A stretch of DNA of 63,724 nucleotides, counting the filler, from Neolecta irregularis DAH-3 (Eukaryota): the NCBI GenBank assembly GCA_001929475.1. It is 12 parts of 12 records of this genome, joined end to end, with 100 filler letters (N's around TTAATTAATTAA, not from the genome) between each part and the next. Parts side by side here need not be neighbours in the genome. Positions count along the whole stretch, not along the records: positions 23,441 to 46,236 come from LXFE01003465.1; positions 46,337 to 48,718 come from LXFE01003469.1; 10 more parts are not named here. The stretch is one strand, 5' to 3'. The notes beneath the pieces were generated by a model. It was not told the DNA's origin. It saw nothing but the letters and a program-made list of their open reading frames with translations, and made no database searches. Made by a program: the position numbers and the translations under genes. Below, piece after piece: positions 36,901 to 48,818 of the stretch; the stretch's first letter is position 1; each line of letters begins with the position of its first letter.

Positions 36901-39900
36901 CGTAGCGCTTTATGAATGTTGATCCAGTGTCGTTCTCTCATGGCATCCGACTTCATATCTATCAGCAAAGTGTTAACCTTGACAAGCTGTTTCAGTTTGT
37001 TCTCGATGAACTCGAAGGCGGCATATTGCCTCATCCGACTGGGCATTTCTTTTACCATGGTCAGTTGACTGTCAAGAGCTGCTCGGACTTTTCGGGGAAC
37101 AACAGAGGCCCACGGAGTATCTCGCAGATCACTGAGCGACTTCCATATCGTTGATAAGGCAGACCAGACGGACTTGAAATCTCGTACTTCTTCAAGAACG
37201 ATATCGAGAACATTATCACGGTGAACTTCAAGATCCAATGACTCTTTGGCTTTATTGACGAGTTCGCTGTCATGACTGAATTTCGTCATTTTTTCTTCAA
37301 ACTGATTGAGCATCTCAGTTGCCTCAGAAGGATCAAGATTTCCAGCGATGGGTTTGTTTTCGTTCCATTCAACAACGATACTTTGTATTCTTTCGTTGAC
37401 AACCTTATGTTCGGCGTTAATCTTGGCTTCGAGAGCATCTGCAAAGTCAGAAACAACATCCAGAGACAATTTACCTAATTGTTCCTGGACAAGTCTATTC
37501 TTTCGTCCAAGAATCTCTTTCAACGCCGCCCAGTCACCTTCAACTTGTTCTACAAACAGCCAGTCTTTTGGAAACTGGTATCGTTGACGAGACAAAGCAG
37601 TCTGACCTTTTTGGAAGATTTCGATTTCAGGTGCCCAAGTCGTCGTCTTACGTTTACAGTTTTGGACGGTAGTAATGAATGAAACAGCACTAGCAGTCGA
37701 TGATGTTTCGAGAGATTGTTGCTCTAAATCATTTCGAGCTTTTAGTACTTCCACGAGAAATTCACGCATTCGATTCCCAAGTTTGTTCGCAAATTGTAAG
37801 AGAATATCACGCTGCCACGAATCATATTTCGCATTAACTCGACCTTGGACCTGTTCAAAATCCACTACAAGGAACCCGAATGTCTTTGACACATCTGAAG
37901 TGTCAAATGTCGATCGAGATTTTCGAATTTCAAGCAAAATTTGTAACCACCTTGACAGATTCTCATCGAGAACATTATACACTTGCTCAGCTTGAAGATC
38001 CCACAATGATTGGAACTGGAGCCACTTGTCTATGTATAAAGAAGCTTCTCGTAAACGATTCTCAATAGCAGTGTATGAACGGAACAAATGACTTTGAGTA
38101 ACATCGGGTATCTAAATATTAGCCACTTTTGGCAAGATGAAGCCAACTAAAGTATCAAATTTTTGGGGACCCTGTTGGACAGAGGTGTTGAGATTGACGC
38201 TGATTTCGTAACGGGACGCCTGCAATTTTTGTAAATTACAAATGACGGCTATTGATTAGGCACAGAACCGAAAAGTGGCACACAGATCCACCGCTGAAGC
38301 TGTACGAGCCATCTCTCTCGAGCGTATTCTAGGGGAGGATCAACATAGATTAGTTGATTTCGTATGCAAATCTCATGGTGTAACGGCGAGAATTTTGGTT
38401 CAATGCCAACTTCTTCGGTGATAATAGCCTCTTCTTTGCGATGGTTGCGATTACTTCGAGAGATATCTCCATTCACATCGCGAGAAAACACCTCAACCCA
38501 GGCGTCTATAGCAGATTTGAGACGATCGAGAAGAATGGTTCCGATATTCTCATTGAGGCGTTGTACCCATTGATAGAGATTACTAAAATTTTCAAGATTA
38601 AGCTGGTCAACGCAACTTTGCACGACAGAAATCCACTTCTCGAAATCATCTACTGCGTATGCACAAGTACGAAGCTCTGCGATAGCACTCTGTACTTTCT
38701 CGTAGACTGCAATTAATAAATCAGTCTTTGATTTAAGGTCGGAAACGGTAGCAGCGAAATCTCGAACAAATTGAACATGGCGAGATTCTCGATATCCAGC
38801 TCCAGCTGCATCAAAAGATCCATTTGGTAAATAGTTTAAAGGACGAAGATGAGCATCAAACGAATGGACGAACGAATCCCACTTGAGGTTGATACCTAAA
38901 AATAAATACAATTTCAATTAACTCGATAAACCCTTTGCAATTTGCCCCTGAATTTCCGTCTGACGCTCGGCAAGGAGCATTGAGATATCAGATGTACTTT
39001 GAATTTGTTCGACTGTTTGAGCGTATGTTCGTACGGTTTCCATCAGAGTAACAGCATATGGATAAACACGTTTGGCTTCCTTGGAAACGTTTGTGATTGC
39101 ATGAGGGACTTGAAAGTTGAGCCAAAGAAGATTCCGGACTTCTTTAAATAGCGCAATGACCTGTGGTTCGAAATTGACTACGAGTTCAAGGGTATTTCCA
39201 GCGCTTCGATTGCGAATGATGTTGAATATTCGTCCGTTGACTGCAAGATTACGCCGCGAAACTTCGTGTAGCCAACTCTCGTAGATCTACCGGTCAGGGT
39301 CAATTAGTGGTGGATGTACCGGTCTTGTTTCGAGTTTCTTTCTGAAAATGCTACTCTCATTCTGCAGTTTTTGACCTTCGGCGTACAAAGCCCATCCTTT
39401 ACCCAGTACATCTTCAACACGCTTCATATACGTATTAAGTTGACGTTCGATTTGTCGAGCCCAGATTATAGCGCCCGATACCGGAGGAATATCGTGCAAT
39501 TGGGCCATAGCATGGGCTTCCGAGTTCCCATATTGCTGTTTGAACCGATCATGAAGAGAAGCAATATCAGCCTTGACGTTCTCAATCAGTTGAGTTTGGT
39601 ATTCTTGGATAGCCCCTCGAATTTTGGGACGAACAAAGAGGGCATTGAATTTAGAAAACACTCGAAACATTTCATTAGCGGTTCGAGATTTTCCAAGTCG
39701 ATCACGTAAACGAGCAATAATAGTATTCTCGACACGAGAAATGCGCTCGTTGTATGTGTTCTCAGCAGCAACCCAGGCTTCAGTACCCTCTTTTCAAGTC
39801 AGCATGAGATCTGCAAAAAGTTTACCTGCAGAGACATCTAGAACATTGGCATCTTTCAGAGCAGCAAAGGCTTGGGTGACTTCCTCAATAGCGTCGATAT

Positions 39901-41572
39901 CACTGATTCCGTCCAAGGCGCCTTCAAAATCACCAGGCGACGTAGAGGTGAGGACATTCTTTATTGTCTGCTGAAGCTGTTCGTGACCTCGTCGAAAGGC
40001 TTTAACATAGGCAAGACGTTCTTGTGATTTTGTATGCTTGGCGTTAATCTTGATAGGTATGAATTTTTCGGCTCGTTTGCGAGTAACTTCTCTTGCAACG
40101 TTTGTAAACTCTTTAATCTGATCGTCCCAAGTACGAAACACATCTTCAGCGGAATCCATGAGTGTATTAAAGTCGTTGAATTCGAGGTGCATAATACGAC
40201 GGCCACTGAGAAGGGTGTGTAATTGAGAATCGAGGTCGGCCGATATAGCTTCGACCAAGGGAAGAGCTCGACGAATTGGATATGGACAAATTCGGAGTTT
40301 CTTATTGAGATGACTGAAAATTTGGAGGATAGCCTCCTGGATTCGTTCGAGGCTGGTTGCGGAAAGTAGTTCGTTTAATGGAAACTCCCGCATCAACTGG
40401 TTGTACTTGTGAACTTGATTGGTGAGGAAACATTACAGCTGTAGTCATACCCTTGTCAATAGCTTCTTTAAGACCGGTATCAGCGATGAACCCGACTGTT
40501 GCATGAAATCGTTTTGCTTGGCGTAGAATTTCAATGGTCAAGATAACACCGTCACTACGAAGTTGTCGATCTATTCCTTCTAGTGCGGTTTCCATTGAAA
40601 GCCAAAAATTTATTTCCTGAGAAGCGGTTCCACTAGAAGGATCTCTAGACATTTTTGTGATTGTTTGGATAGACTTTATCCATGAATTGACTGACGATTG
40701 AAGATGATTTAAAAAGATACTGTCCATGAGTAGATTCTGGGGCACAAGGCTTAAACTAGGTTTTCGATTGCTGGAAAGAGCCTAGAGTGAATATTTCCAC
40801 TAATATCTAGTATACCTCTTCAATCGCCGCTTGAAGAATAGGATGAAAATTGAGAGAGATTTCAGGGATTTCAACATTCTGTTGAAGATGAAGTAGCGAA
40901 AGTTCCAGTTCTGCAATCTTTTTCTTTGTCACGGGTATACCTAATGGATCAGCCGATACTTGAGTCGGTATACCGGTTTTTGATTCAACATCAGTGACTT
41001 TAGCCACGGAGCCCGGTTTCTCCTTTTCTTTGGTGTATGTATCAAAGTAGGGAGCAACAGCATGATGAATTAGAGAGTAGAGTATTTCGTAAGGCGATGT
41101 TGATCCAGAAGCATTCCCAAGAGCCAGAGTCCCTGGCAAATTGACAATCTGCAACTGGATTGCAATGGGTATTGTGGAATCGAGAACAATTGATCTTTTT
41201 ATGAGCGCAAGAGATGCTGCTGTGGTTGGTGAGGATGACAGTTCATGTCCGAGAGAGTAGATGTATGATGGCGAAAGCGTATCTAGCAATAAATGACAAT
41301 GCCGGTAGCAGTATACCGGTATCATCCTGCTGTATGGTTTCTGTAGCTTCCTTCTTTACATACAAGGCCATGCAACTCGGTTCTGTAGCGAATTTCGCGC
41401 ATCGCTGCAGGGTTTCTGGGTATGAGAAAAGACTTGAATCCAGGTCGTTGGGTGTAGCCCCTAATGCAACCGGCACAAGAGCCGCCAAGAATTTCGTCAA
41501 TAGTGCTGGATTGAAAGGTGTGATGAGAGACGGAGAAGCATTTGCAGCAGGACCATCTCCCTCGTCTTCCAT
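27965..41572 (-). CDS. DYN1: Cytoplasmic dynein heavy chain (multi-exon)
   Basis: P-loops [23 protein letters not shown] and [23 protein letters not shown], stalk coiled coil; short fungal-type C-terminus ending ...DYAGDS*. Confidence 0.99.
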
Positions 41573-41734
41573 ATCGTAAGAGGGACAGATAGGGGACGGA
41601 TAATTGATGAAATGGCTGATTTACGTGGAGTTTTCTTGTTGAGGTACACGAGAAAACGTGACTTCTTTCTATTAAAAACTTTTATCAAGGTACTCGAAAT
41701 ATTCCCAGATGCCTCTCACCACCCTCTTTTCCTA

Positions 41735-42820
41735 TCAAACTGCATGTCCCGGCACGGGTGCTGGAGCAGAAGCCGTAACCGTCGCAACAGTCGTTTCTCC
41801 GCTGTATTCGGCGAGTTTCCAAGGGCCTTGGTCAGACAATTCGCATCCGCCGGGACATTCACAGGTACCGCCAAACTGTGTGGGCAGATTCTCAGCCGGG
41901 ATAAGCTCAAGAAGGACTTTTTGATAGTCGGATCCCAGGATGTTGATTTTTTTGACGGTGACTTCGTCCAGGAGCGGTTTGACTAGTTTGAAAGCAGAAG
42001 CAAAACCCCAGGGCGCATTGATCATGACGAGGGTGCCCATTCGTTCCGGGTAGTAGTCTTGGCCGATTGTGGACGCCTGTTTGAGATATCCGTAGACTGA
42101 ACTGATGCTTGAGATACCGATGCCCTTCAAGTCCAGAATGGTGCAGGAAGTTTCAATTAGCTTTCCCTCTTTTCGCGAACAGGCAGGCTAGTAAATTAGT
42201 CGCTGATGTATGCAAATAGAACCAAACGGGGGCTGACGAATCGTTCGTACTCGTAGACCAGATTCTGGGTCATTCTTTCTGCCGTGGTGATCTTGTGCAT
42301 CTCGGTAAGATTAATCTTTCCCAGCTGCTCGATATACACGGGTCGACCAGCCTAACGTCAGCTCTGAAAAGCCAAGACCAAACAATGTCAATCTTGTGGT
42401 AGTACTGTGGATAAAACTTTGTAATCTATAAATCAGGAACGGGACAGAATATGAAAAAACCTCTGGTTTCTCAGAGTAAACAAAAGTCATGGAGATCTCG
42501 TCGACTCCGAAATCCGTTCTCCATTTCTCGCAGTTTATAAACATCTCTTTAGCCTTGACAACATCGAATTTCCGAGCCCGGAGAAACCGAAGCTGCAGAC
42601 GTCAGTAGAATTGGCGGCACAAATACCAGGCAAGCGTGGTCCAGACGTTCTGTATAACCAGCTTCAATAAGCTCTGAACGGAGTTGTTCAACTTTGTCTT
42701 CTTGCTCAGGGGTAGTATTTCCAGGATGACCTGGAGCAGCTTCTGGATTTGTTTGAGGGTAAGTGGATATATCGTACTGTCTGTATTACAACTGTGCAAG
42801 TACGGATTACGTACAGACAT
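41735..42820 (-). CDS. SEC14: Sec14 phosphatidylinositol/phosphatidylcholine transfer protein
   Basis: [48 protein letters not shown]; first coding exon probably 6 nt (ATG TCT). Confidence 0.97.
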
Positions 42821-42956
42821 ACTGGAGAGGTCTAATTGAGGTGGAGTGTAGATAGTCAAAATTTCCGGTATAGCAAGTCCAAACACCCTAAATACAAAAG
42901 CATGGTTTGAAAAAAGCGTGATATAAACTATTATTTATACATAAAACCAATGTCCT

Positions 42957-43987
42957 CTAAAAAGGTTTGAATCCAACATCTTCGTCTTCTTCTTCAAGCT
43001 CAACAGCTTCCTTTTGAGTGGTGGTATTCCATCCAGTGAGTCTATTCAACTCGAACAGGCCAATGGAAGCAAGCGATCCGACGTTTACTGAATTCACTTG
43101 TGGACCAGGCATGGGCAGCGCCATATAAATTGCATTTTTGGATATAAAAGGGTCATAGTCTCTGAAACTTTTTGTACCCACGACGAAGGCTATTGATTTT
43201 GGTAGTGTTTGTGGATCGACGACCGAGTCATCAGGTCTCCAGAAATGCAATTGATTTGGTTGAGCATTGGCGAGTTGAGATCGCGGGAGAGGAGTAGTGA
43301 TTATTGGCGTGAGCTCCATTTCAGCGCAATGGGTAAAGAGTCCGCTTATTGTGCCCATGATGTGAGGAAATCGAAGGGTGTGAGCGCGGGACATGCATAT
43401 TGCTTGTGGATCGTAGAAATCGATGGATCCTCTCATTGTATAGGCTGCCTGCCAGCCCAGTGCTCGAGCAGTGCGAATGAGCAGACCCATAACCTGGCCC
43501 GAGTTGACATGGTTTAAACAGATCAAGCGTTTTAATTCACCTTTGGCGGGATATGGGATATCTGGAAAGGGGACTTCTGCCCATAAATCGTGTTTTGCGG
43601 GTCGTGCCTGGGAGCCTAAAATTTTTCTTGTCATGTCTATGGAAACGAGGTATTGACGGGTGGCGGGCCATTTTTCCGGGTTGCGGATGACATCTATAGC
43701 GGGCGTAAGAACCTCGTTTGGTTTCCACCATTCTTCTGGAGCACTAATGCCGAGACCACTGATTGGGACATTATCACGAATGAGGGCTCTGATGTCATTT
43801 TTACCCTGGACGATACAATGACGGCGCTCGAGACGGTATGATTTATTTTTTTGCAGCCGTTCCATGTGTTCTATAATGGGATTGTGACTTCCCTAAAGAT
43901 GAGGGAGGATTAATGGACTAGTACCTTTAGCCGAAACATGTGTTCGGGGAAGGGAATCTGCTTTGGTTTTGCTCCGATGATAGGCAT
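42957..43987 (-). CDS. SpoU/TrmH-family RNA 2'-O-methyltransferase-like protein (possibly mitochondrial, MRM3-like)
   Basis: SHNPIIEH...VQG N-domain, MGLLIRTARALGW, AFVVG, LPM..VNSVNV; one intron near 43892-43924. Confidence 0.8.
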
Positions 43988-44055
43988 GGTGAGGAAACTT
44001 TTTCGAATGGAAGAGACTAAGCCGGAATCTTCCGACCCCAAGATTCCGACTGCCG

Positions 44056-45025
44056 ATGGACGTTTCCATTGATGATCCGCATGATTGGGCGGAATCGAGT
44101 GTTCCTCGACTGGGATCACTTGATTCTTATTTGCGGTGTCAAATATGCAAAGAGTGGCTGAATGCACCGATGATGACAGGATGTGGTCATACGTTTTGTT
44201 CGTCGTGTATCCGACGAGCACTATCGAAAGAGCAGGTGTGTCCGGTATGCAGGGCCAAAGATACCAGCGAGATGCAGCTGCGCAAGAATCAGCTTGTTGA
44301 CGATATTGTAGAGAGTTTCAGGAAGTGTCGGTGAAACGAGTCTTTTTGCTGTAATTTATGCTAGACCTGATCTCCTTTGTCGACTTGGGGGATGCAGTCC
44401 ATCAACGACAACAACGCAAGAATGTCCAATTTGTTTAAACGACTATGGTCTGAACGAAATCCAAGGCCATGTAGAAGAATGTCTGAAGCCAATGAGGTAT
44501 GAATATTCAAGTGCGATATTTCTAACGGGCAGGAGGTTTAGTCGAATAATTGTGCCGATCTAACGAGCAGGACAAAGCGNNNNNNNNNNATCATGTAGAA
44601 GAATGTCTGAAGCCAATGAGGTATGAATATTCCAGTACGATATTTCTAACGGGCAGGAGGTTTAGTCGAATAATTGTGCCGATCTAACGAGCAGGACAAA
44701 GCGGAAACCCAAGATAAACTATGTTTTATTAAAAGAGAGCAACTTGCGCAAAGAGTTGGAAAAAGATGGAATTTCTACGCAAGGGGATAAAGCGCAGATG
44801 ATTAGACGGCATCAAGAATGGATTACGCTATGGAATGCGAACGTGGACTCGTCCAAAGCAAAGAGTATTGAGAGTTTACGACAAGAGTTGAGGGAATGGG
44901 AGCGGATACAAAGCCGGGCGAGTCCCAAGAATGCTGTTTCGGAGTCGTGGGGGGTGGATAATCGGCAAGAGTATGAGGAGTTGGTTGGAAAAGCGAGGGC
45001 TGGCAATAAACGGAAACGTGGTTAA
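44056..45025 (+). CDS. RAD18: Rad18 E3 ubiquitin ligase, compact form; spans a gap with duplicated flanks
   Basis: DDPHDW N-terminus, C3HC4 RING, UBZ CPIC...HVEECL, SAP domain, RRHQEWITLWNANVDS. Confidence 0.93.
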
Positions 45026-45038
45026 TACTATTCTATAT

Positions 45039-46123
45039 CTATAGAGCGATCTCTGCAATAGCCATTTTTTTGGGATCAGGTTGAAGCTTGGGGTTGACAT
45101 TGAGATTCGAGAGGCGTAGTTCAAGAGCTGATTGCTCGGTATCAGGCTCTGTTAGTTCAAGAGGCTCTGCTAGTTCAGCTGATTTATCAGGCTCTGTTAG
45201 TTCAAGAGGCCCTGCTAGTTCAGCTGATTGCTTGGTATCAAGAGCAGCCAATTCGTCTAGCAATTCTTCGTCCGTGACCTCGTCGACTTGGGAAATGACA
45301 CGGCCCATTTCGTCTACATCGTCGATCCCCATCTTTGCCTGATCCATGACATCCTGGACCCTTTCTATGCCGCCGATCTGGGCCATGATATTCTCGAGGA
45401 CGAGAGTGCCTGTTTCGACGGCCTTTACCAATTCGACGTTTGCCAAGGCCTGCTCGATTTTCAGCAGCACGGTATCGATATGGTCGAGGGCGTCTGTGCG
45501 TTTCAGCAGGGCGGCGTCTACGGACCTGCGGGAGCGCAAACACGCGAGGGCGAGCGTCTTCTGCTGCTTTGCGACCGCGAGGCGTGCCTTTGCGGCATGG
45601 CGGTCGAGCTGTTCGACCAGGGAGTCGATCTGGGCGTGCAGGAGGAGCTGCGTGTTTTTCAGCTGGGCGACGGAGGAGTCGAGCGGGGAGATGGTGGTGA
45701 GGGCGATGGTGGTGAGGGCGCCGGAGGGTGATCCCGGAGCGAGCTTGATGGTCTGCGCGGTCAGGAGGGCGCGCGCGGAGCAGGGCGTGCGTCTTGGGCG
45801 AGCGCAACGCGGTGCGTGTCGCGCGACAGAAAGGTCAGCAGCACGCGCACGTCGAGCTCGGAGAGGCGCAGCGCAGGCACCCGGCGGCGCAGCAGGGCCG
45901 CAAACGTGGCGTACGAGTGGACGCGGCCCAGGTACGACAGCGGCGCCTGCTCCACCGCCGCCAGCAGCGCCGCAGCCACCTTCTGTAGGGTTAGGGTTAG
46001 GGTTAGGGTTAGGGCTGGGCTACCTCGAGGTTCGGCACGAGCACGTAGCGGGCGGGCGCGCGGGCGGCACCGCGCAGGCGCAGGCGCAGGCGGGCCGCGA
46101 GCGCGGGCAGCGACCAGTCGCGC
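45039..46123 (-). CDS. CHMP7: CHMP7/Cmp7/Chm7 ESCRT-II/III hybrid protein, 5'-truncated by gap
   Basis: YVLVPNLE/KVA, LSELDVRVLLTFLSRD winged-helix region, TIKL, then a Snf7 domain (IGGIERVQDVMD, DEELLDELAAL); introns 45983-46023 and 45753-45790. Confidence 0.88.
45986..46014 (+). repeat. Interstitial telomere-type repeat TAGGG(TTAGGG)4 inside a CHMP7 intron
   Basis: Directly visible in the sequence. Confidence 0.95.
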
Positions 46124-46336
46124 NNNNNNNNNNGATGCCGCCGATCTGGGCCATGATATTCTCGAGGACAAGAGTGCCTGTTTCGACGGCCTTTACCAAT
46201 TCGACGTTTGCCAAGGCCTGCTCGATTTTCAGCAGCNNNNNNNNNNNNNNNNNNNNNNNNNNNNNNNNNNNNNNNNNNNNTTAATTAATTAANNNNNNNN
46301 NNNNNNNNNNNNNNNNNNNNNNNNNNNNNNNNNNNN

Positions 46337-46522
46337 ATTTTGGATGAAGTACTGCAGGGCGTAGATACTGCGAGTAAGAGTAACTAGGTATATTGAATAT
46401 CAGGTTAAAGCCTAGCCAGCTAGTCTGACTGGGCGCTACTTATGCACAGATTCGCTACATGTGCTGCTGCCGTCATCTGTCTGCCTGCCTTTCTGTTGAT
46501 CTGCTGGGTGGCGATGCCTATG
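46337..46522 (+). repeat. 186-bp direct repeat (second copy at about 48464-48649)
   Basis: Near-identical, 2 substitutions seen; this copy is an isolated piece between two gaps. Confidence 0.85.
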
Positions 46523-46678
46523 NNNNNNNNNNCGAAATAAAATGGTAGAAAAATATCACTTTTTGGCTGTCAATGAAAAAAGGCTACAAAGGCTACCAAC
46601 AGCTTCATTTTACATATCCAATACCGTCGCATCGAGTTCCATCTCTGTTTCCTGACCCATCCCTAGGAAGGCCTTGTA

Positions 46679-47566
46679 TCATTCCCTTCCCCAAGTCACG
46701 ATGGGGGCTCCAATTACTGAACCATGGAAATTCCATTTCCTAATTGCTGATTTTGATGGAGTATTATCGATAAAAGTATAACCACTCCGTCGGTTTGGAG
46801 TGTCATATGGTGCGTATTTTCTGGATGCAGAACGGCGGCCAACCGTTGGAAGTCTCCTTGGAGTGTACCGGGGTACCATTCTTCCACCCTCGTCTGAAGA
46901 ATTGTCATCCTCTATCACTATAGGACTATCTTCCGAGTTCTTCGTATTAGGACTATTCTGTCTTTCATTGTTTTGATTCTGCTGGTTGCTTTCAGGACCA
47001 TCCGTTGAAGGCTTGGTTGACAATTCACATCTCGTGTTAGAGTGTGTCATAAGGCATATTTTTCCTTGCCGAGCTTTCATATTTTCCTGAATTATCGGTG
47101 GAGTGTTCAAAGAATGGAGTTGCACGGCGTGAGTGGTCCATATAGCAGATACTTCGGCATGGCGCAACTCGGCAAGGCGCAACTCGGCATGGCGAAACTC
47201 GGCACGGCGCAACTCGGCACGGCGCAACTCGGCATGGCGCAGCTCGGCATGGCGCAGCCCAGAATCGGAGGCGATTTCGACCTCATTGGGATAATCGTGC
47301 AATCTCCGATGTTGGGTGAGTAATGTTTCTTCCAAGGCCCCGGTATCCGTCGCTATAGAAGGGCTGAATATCGAATAGAGCTCTGATTCAAGTGATGTTT
47401 CGACGCTATTTTCGGACGGATACTCGTCCAATCTCCGATGTTCGCTCAATCCCACCGCTATAGAACCAGTAAACTCCGAAAAGTAATCTAGATCGAGTGA
47501 TAGAGGAAATGGCGTGACCATGGCTGTCACCAAAGTATGGGTCATTAATACGATGAGATTTAGCAT
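46679..47566 (-). CDS. Orphan, probably secreted protein with internal (RHAEL)n repeat
   Basis: 295-aa intronless ORF, hydrophobic N-terminus, TATAAA about 45 nt upstream, 15-nt tandem repeat at about 47154-47256. Confidence 0.7.
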   Translation of the reverse strand: MLNLIVLMTHTLVTAMVTPFPLSLDLDYFSEFTGSIAVGLSEHRRLDEYPSENSVETSLESELYSIFSPSIATDTGALEETLLTQHRRLHDYPNEVEIASDSGLRHAELRHAELRRAELRRAEFRHAELRLAELRHAEVSAIWTTHAVQLHSLNTPPIIQENMKARQGKICLMTHSNTRCELSTKPSTDGPESNQQNQNNERQNSPNTKNSEDSPIVIEDDNSSDEGGRMVPRYTPRRLPTVGRRSASRKYAPYDTPNRRSGYTFIDNTPSKSAIRKWNFHGSVIGAPIVTWGRE

Positions 47567-48818
47567 TCTCGTTCTGTAATAACACAGGAAGCCTGCCGGA
47601 ATTCCAAGATTTTATAGACGAGGATGCAAACTTTAGCAGCTTCCAATCCTATTTTCCATGGAAAACCTAGACCACATGAAATTGGCATCATCTCCACCAA
47701 TCAGGGAAAATGTATTGGATTAGTGAAACTCTGTGGCAGTAAAAGACATCAGCTATTGGGCACTCAGAAAGCCACTGCCACAATTACTGGTCTCTGTTTT
47801 CATTTTATCAATTTCGACTGTCTCAGTGTGACACCGTCAAATGGAATGATATCAGAAGCTGCCAAAGACAAATATTTCGATTCTTTCATGTAATTCGTTT
47901 CTTCGCTAGTTGTCAAACACTCGAGACATCTCTGTTGCTTACTCAGATTGACAGCTCTATATGTGATTAAATATCTTAGACAATATGACACCAGTATTTT
48001 TATTAACAATGCCATACAGTATTTCTTTCGCAGCAGCTCGGTATTTTCCTGGTCAAAATCTGTGTTCTAGTAAATATACGCAATATCTTTGACCGATGAC
48101 ATTAATGAAGCAAAAACCAAATAACTCCCCTTCTCAATCGAAATTCTTAAAAGAGCGATATTTACGATCTGTCATTCTGGCCAAGTCTCCGCCATAGTTT
48201 GTGCTATTCCGTGTTGACAAGTGATTTAAATGTCGAGAGGAATTAGATAGAAGGTCCTCTAACTGGCCAATCGTATAATCAATGATGACACGATTCAAAT
48301 TTTGAATGTAAAAGAAGCAGGTAGTCCTGAGGCGTTGTAATGTTCTGCATGTTTTGATCCAATAAGATATGATTAAGAAGCAATTTTCGATGACGCACCA
48401 ATACTTATACTGGGTACCATGTCTATTGCGTGTCTGGGTTCAGTAGAGTGAGGCTAAGAAGCAATTTTGGATGAAGTACTGCAGGGCGTAGATACTGCGA
48501 GTAAGAGTAACTAGGTATATTGAATATCATGTTAAAGCCTAGCCAGCTAGTCTGACTGGGCGCTACTTATGCACAGATTCGCCACATGTGCTGCTGCCGT
48601 CATCTGTCTGCCTGCCTTTCTGTTGATCTGCTGGGTGGCGATGCCTATGACTGGCCCGCCTGGGATGATCGGCGACCCTTGCTGCTTCTTGTGCTTGATC
48701 CGATACTTTGGCGGTGGCNNNNNNNNNNNNNNNNNNNNNNNNNNNNNNNNNNNNNNNNNNNNTTAATTAATTAANNNNNNNNNNNNNNNNNNNNNNNNNN
48801 NNNNNNNNNNNNNNNNNN

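Noticed and set aside
28264-40222. Many short ORFs nested in or antisense to dynein
   Set aside because: Expected shadow ORFs of a long coding region with no independent features.
45346-46292. Long plus-strand ORFs opposite CHMP7
   Set aside because: Antisense shadows of GC-rich coding sequence that run through Ns.
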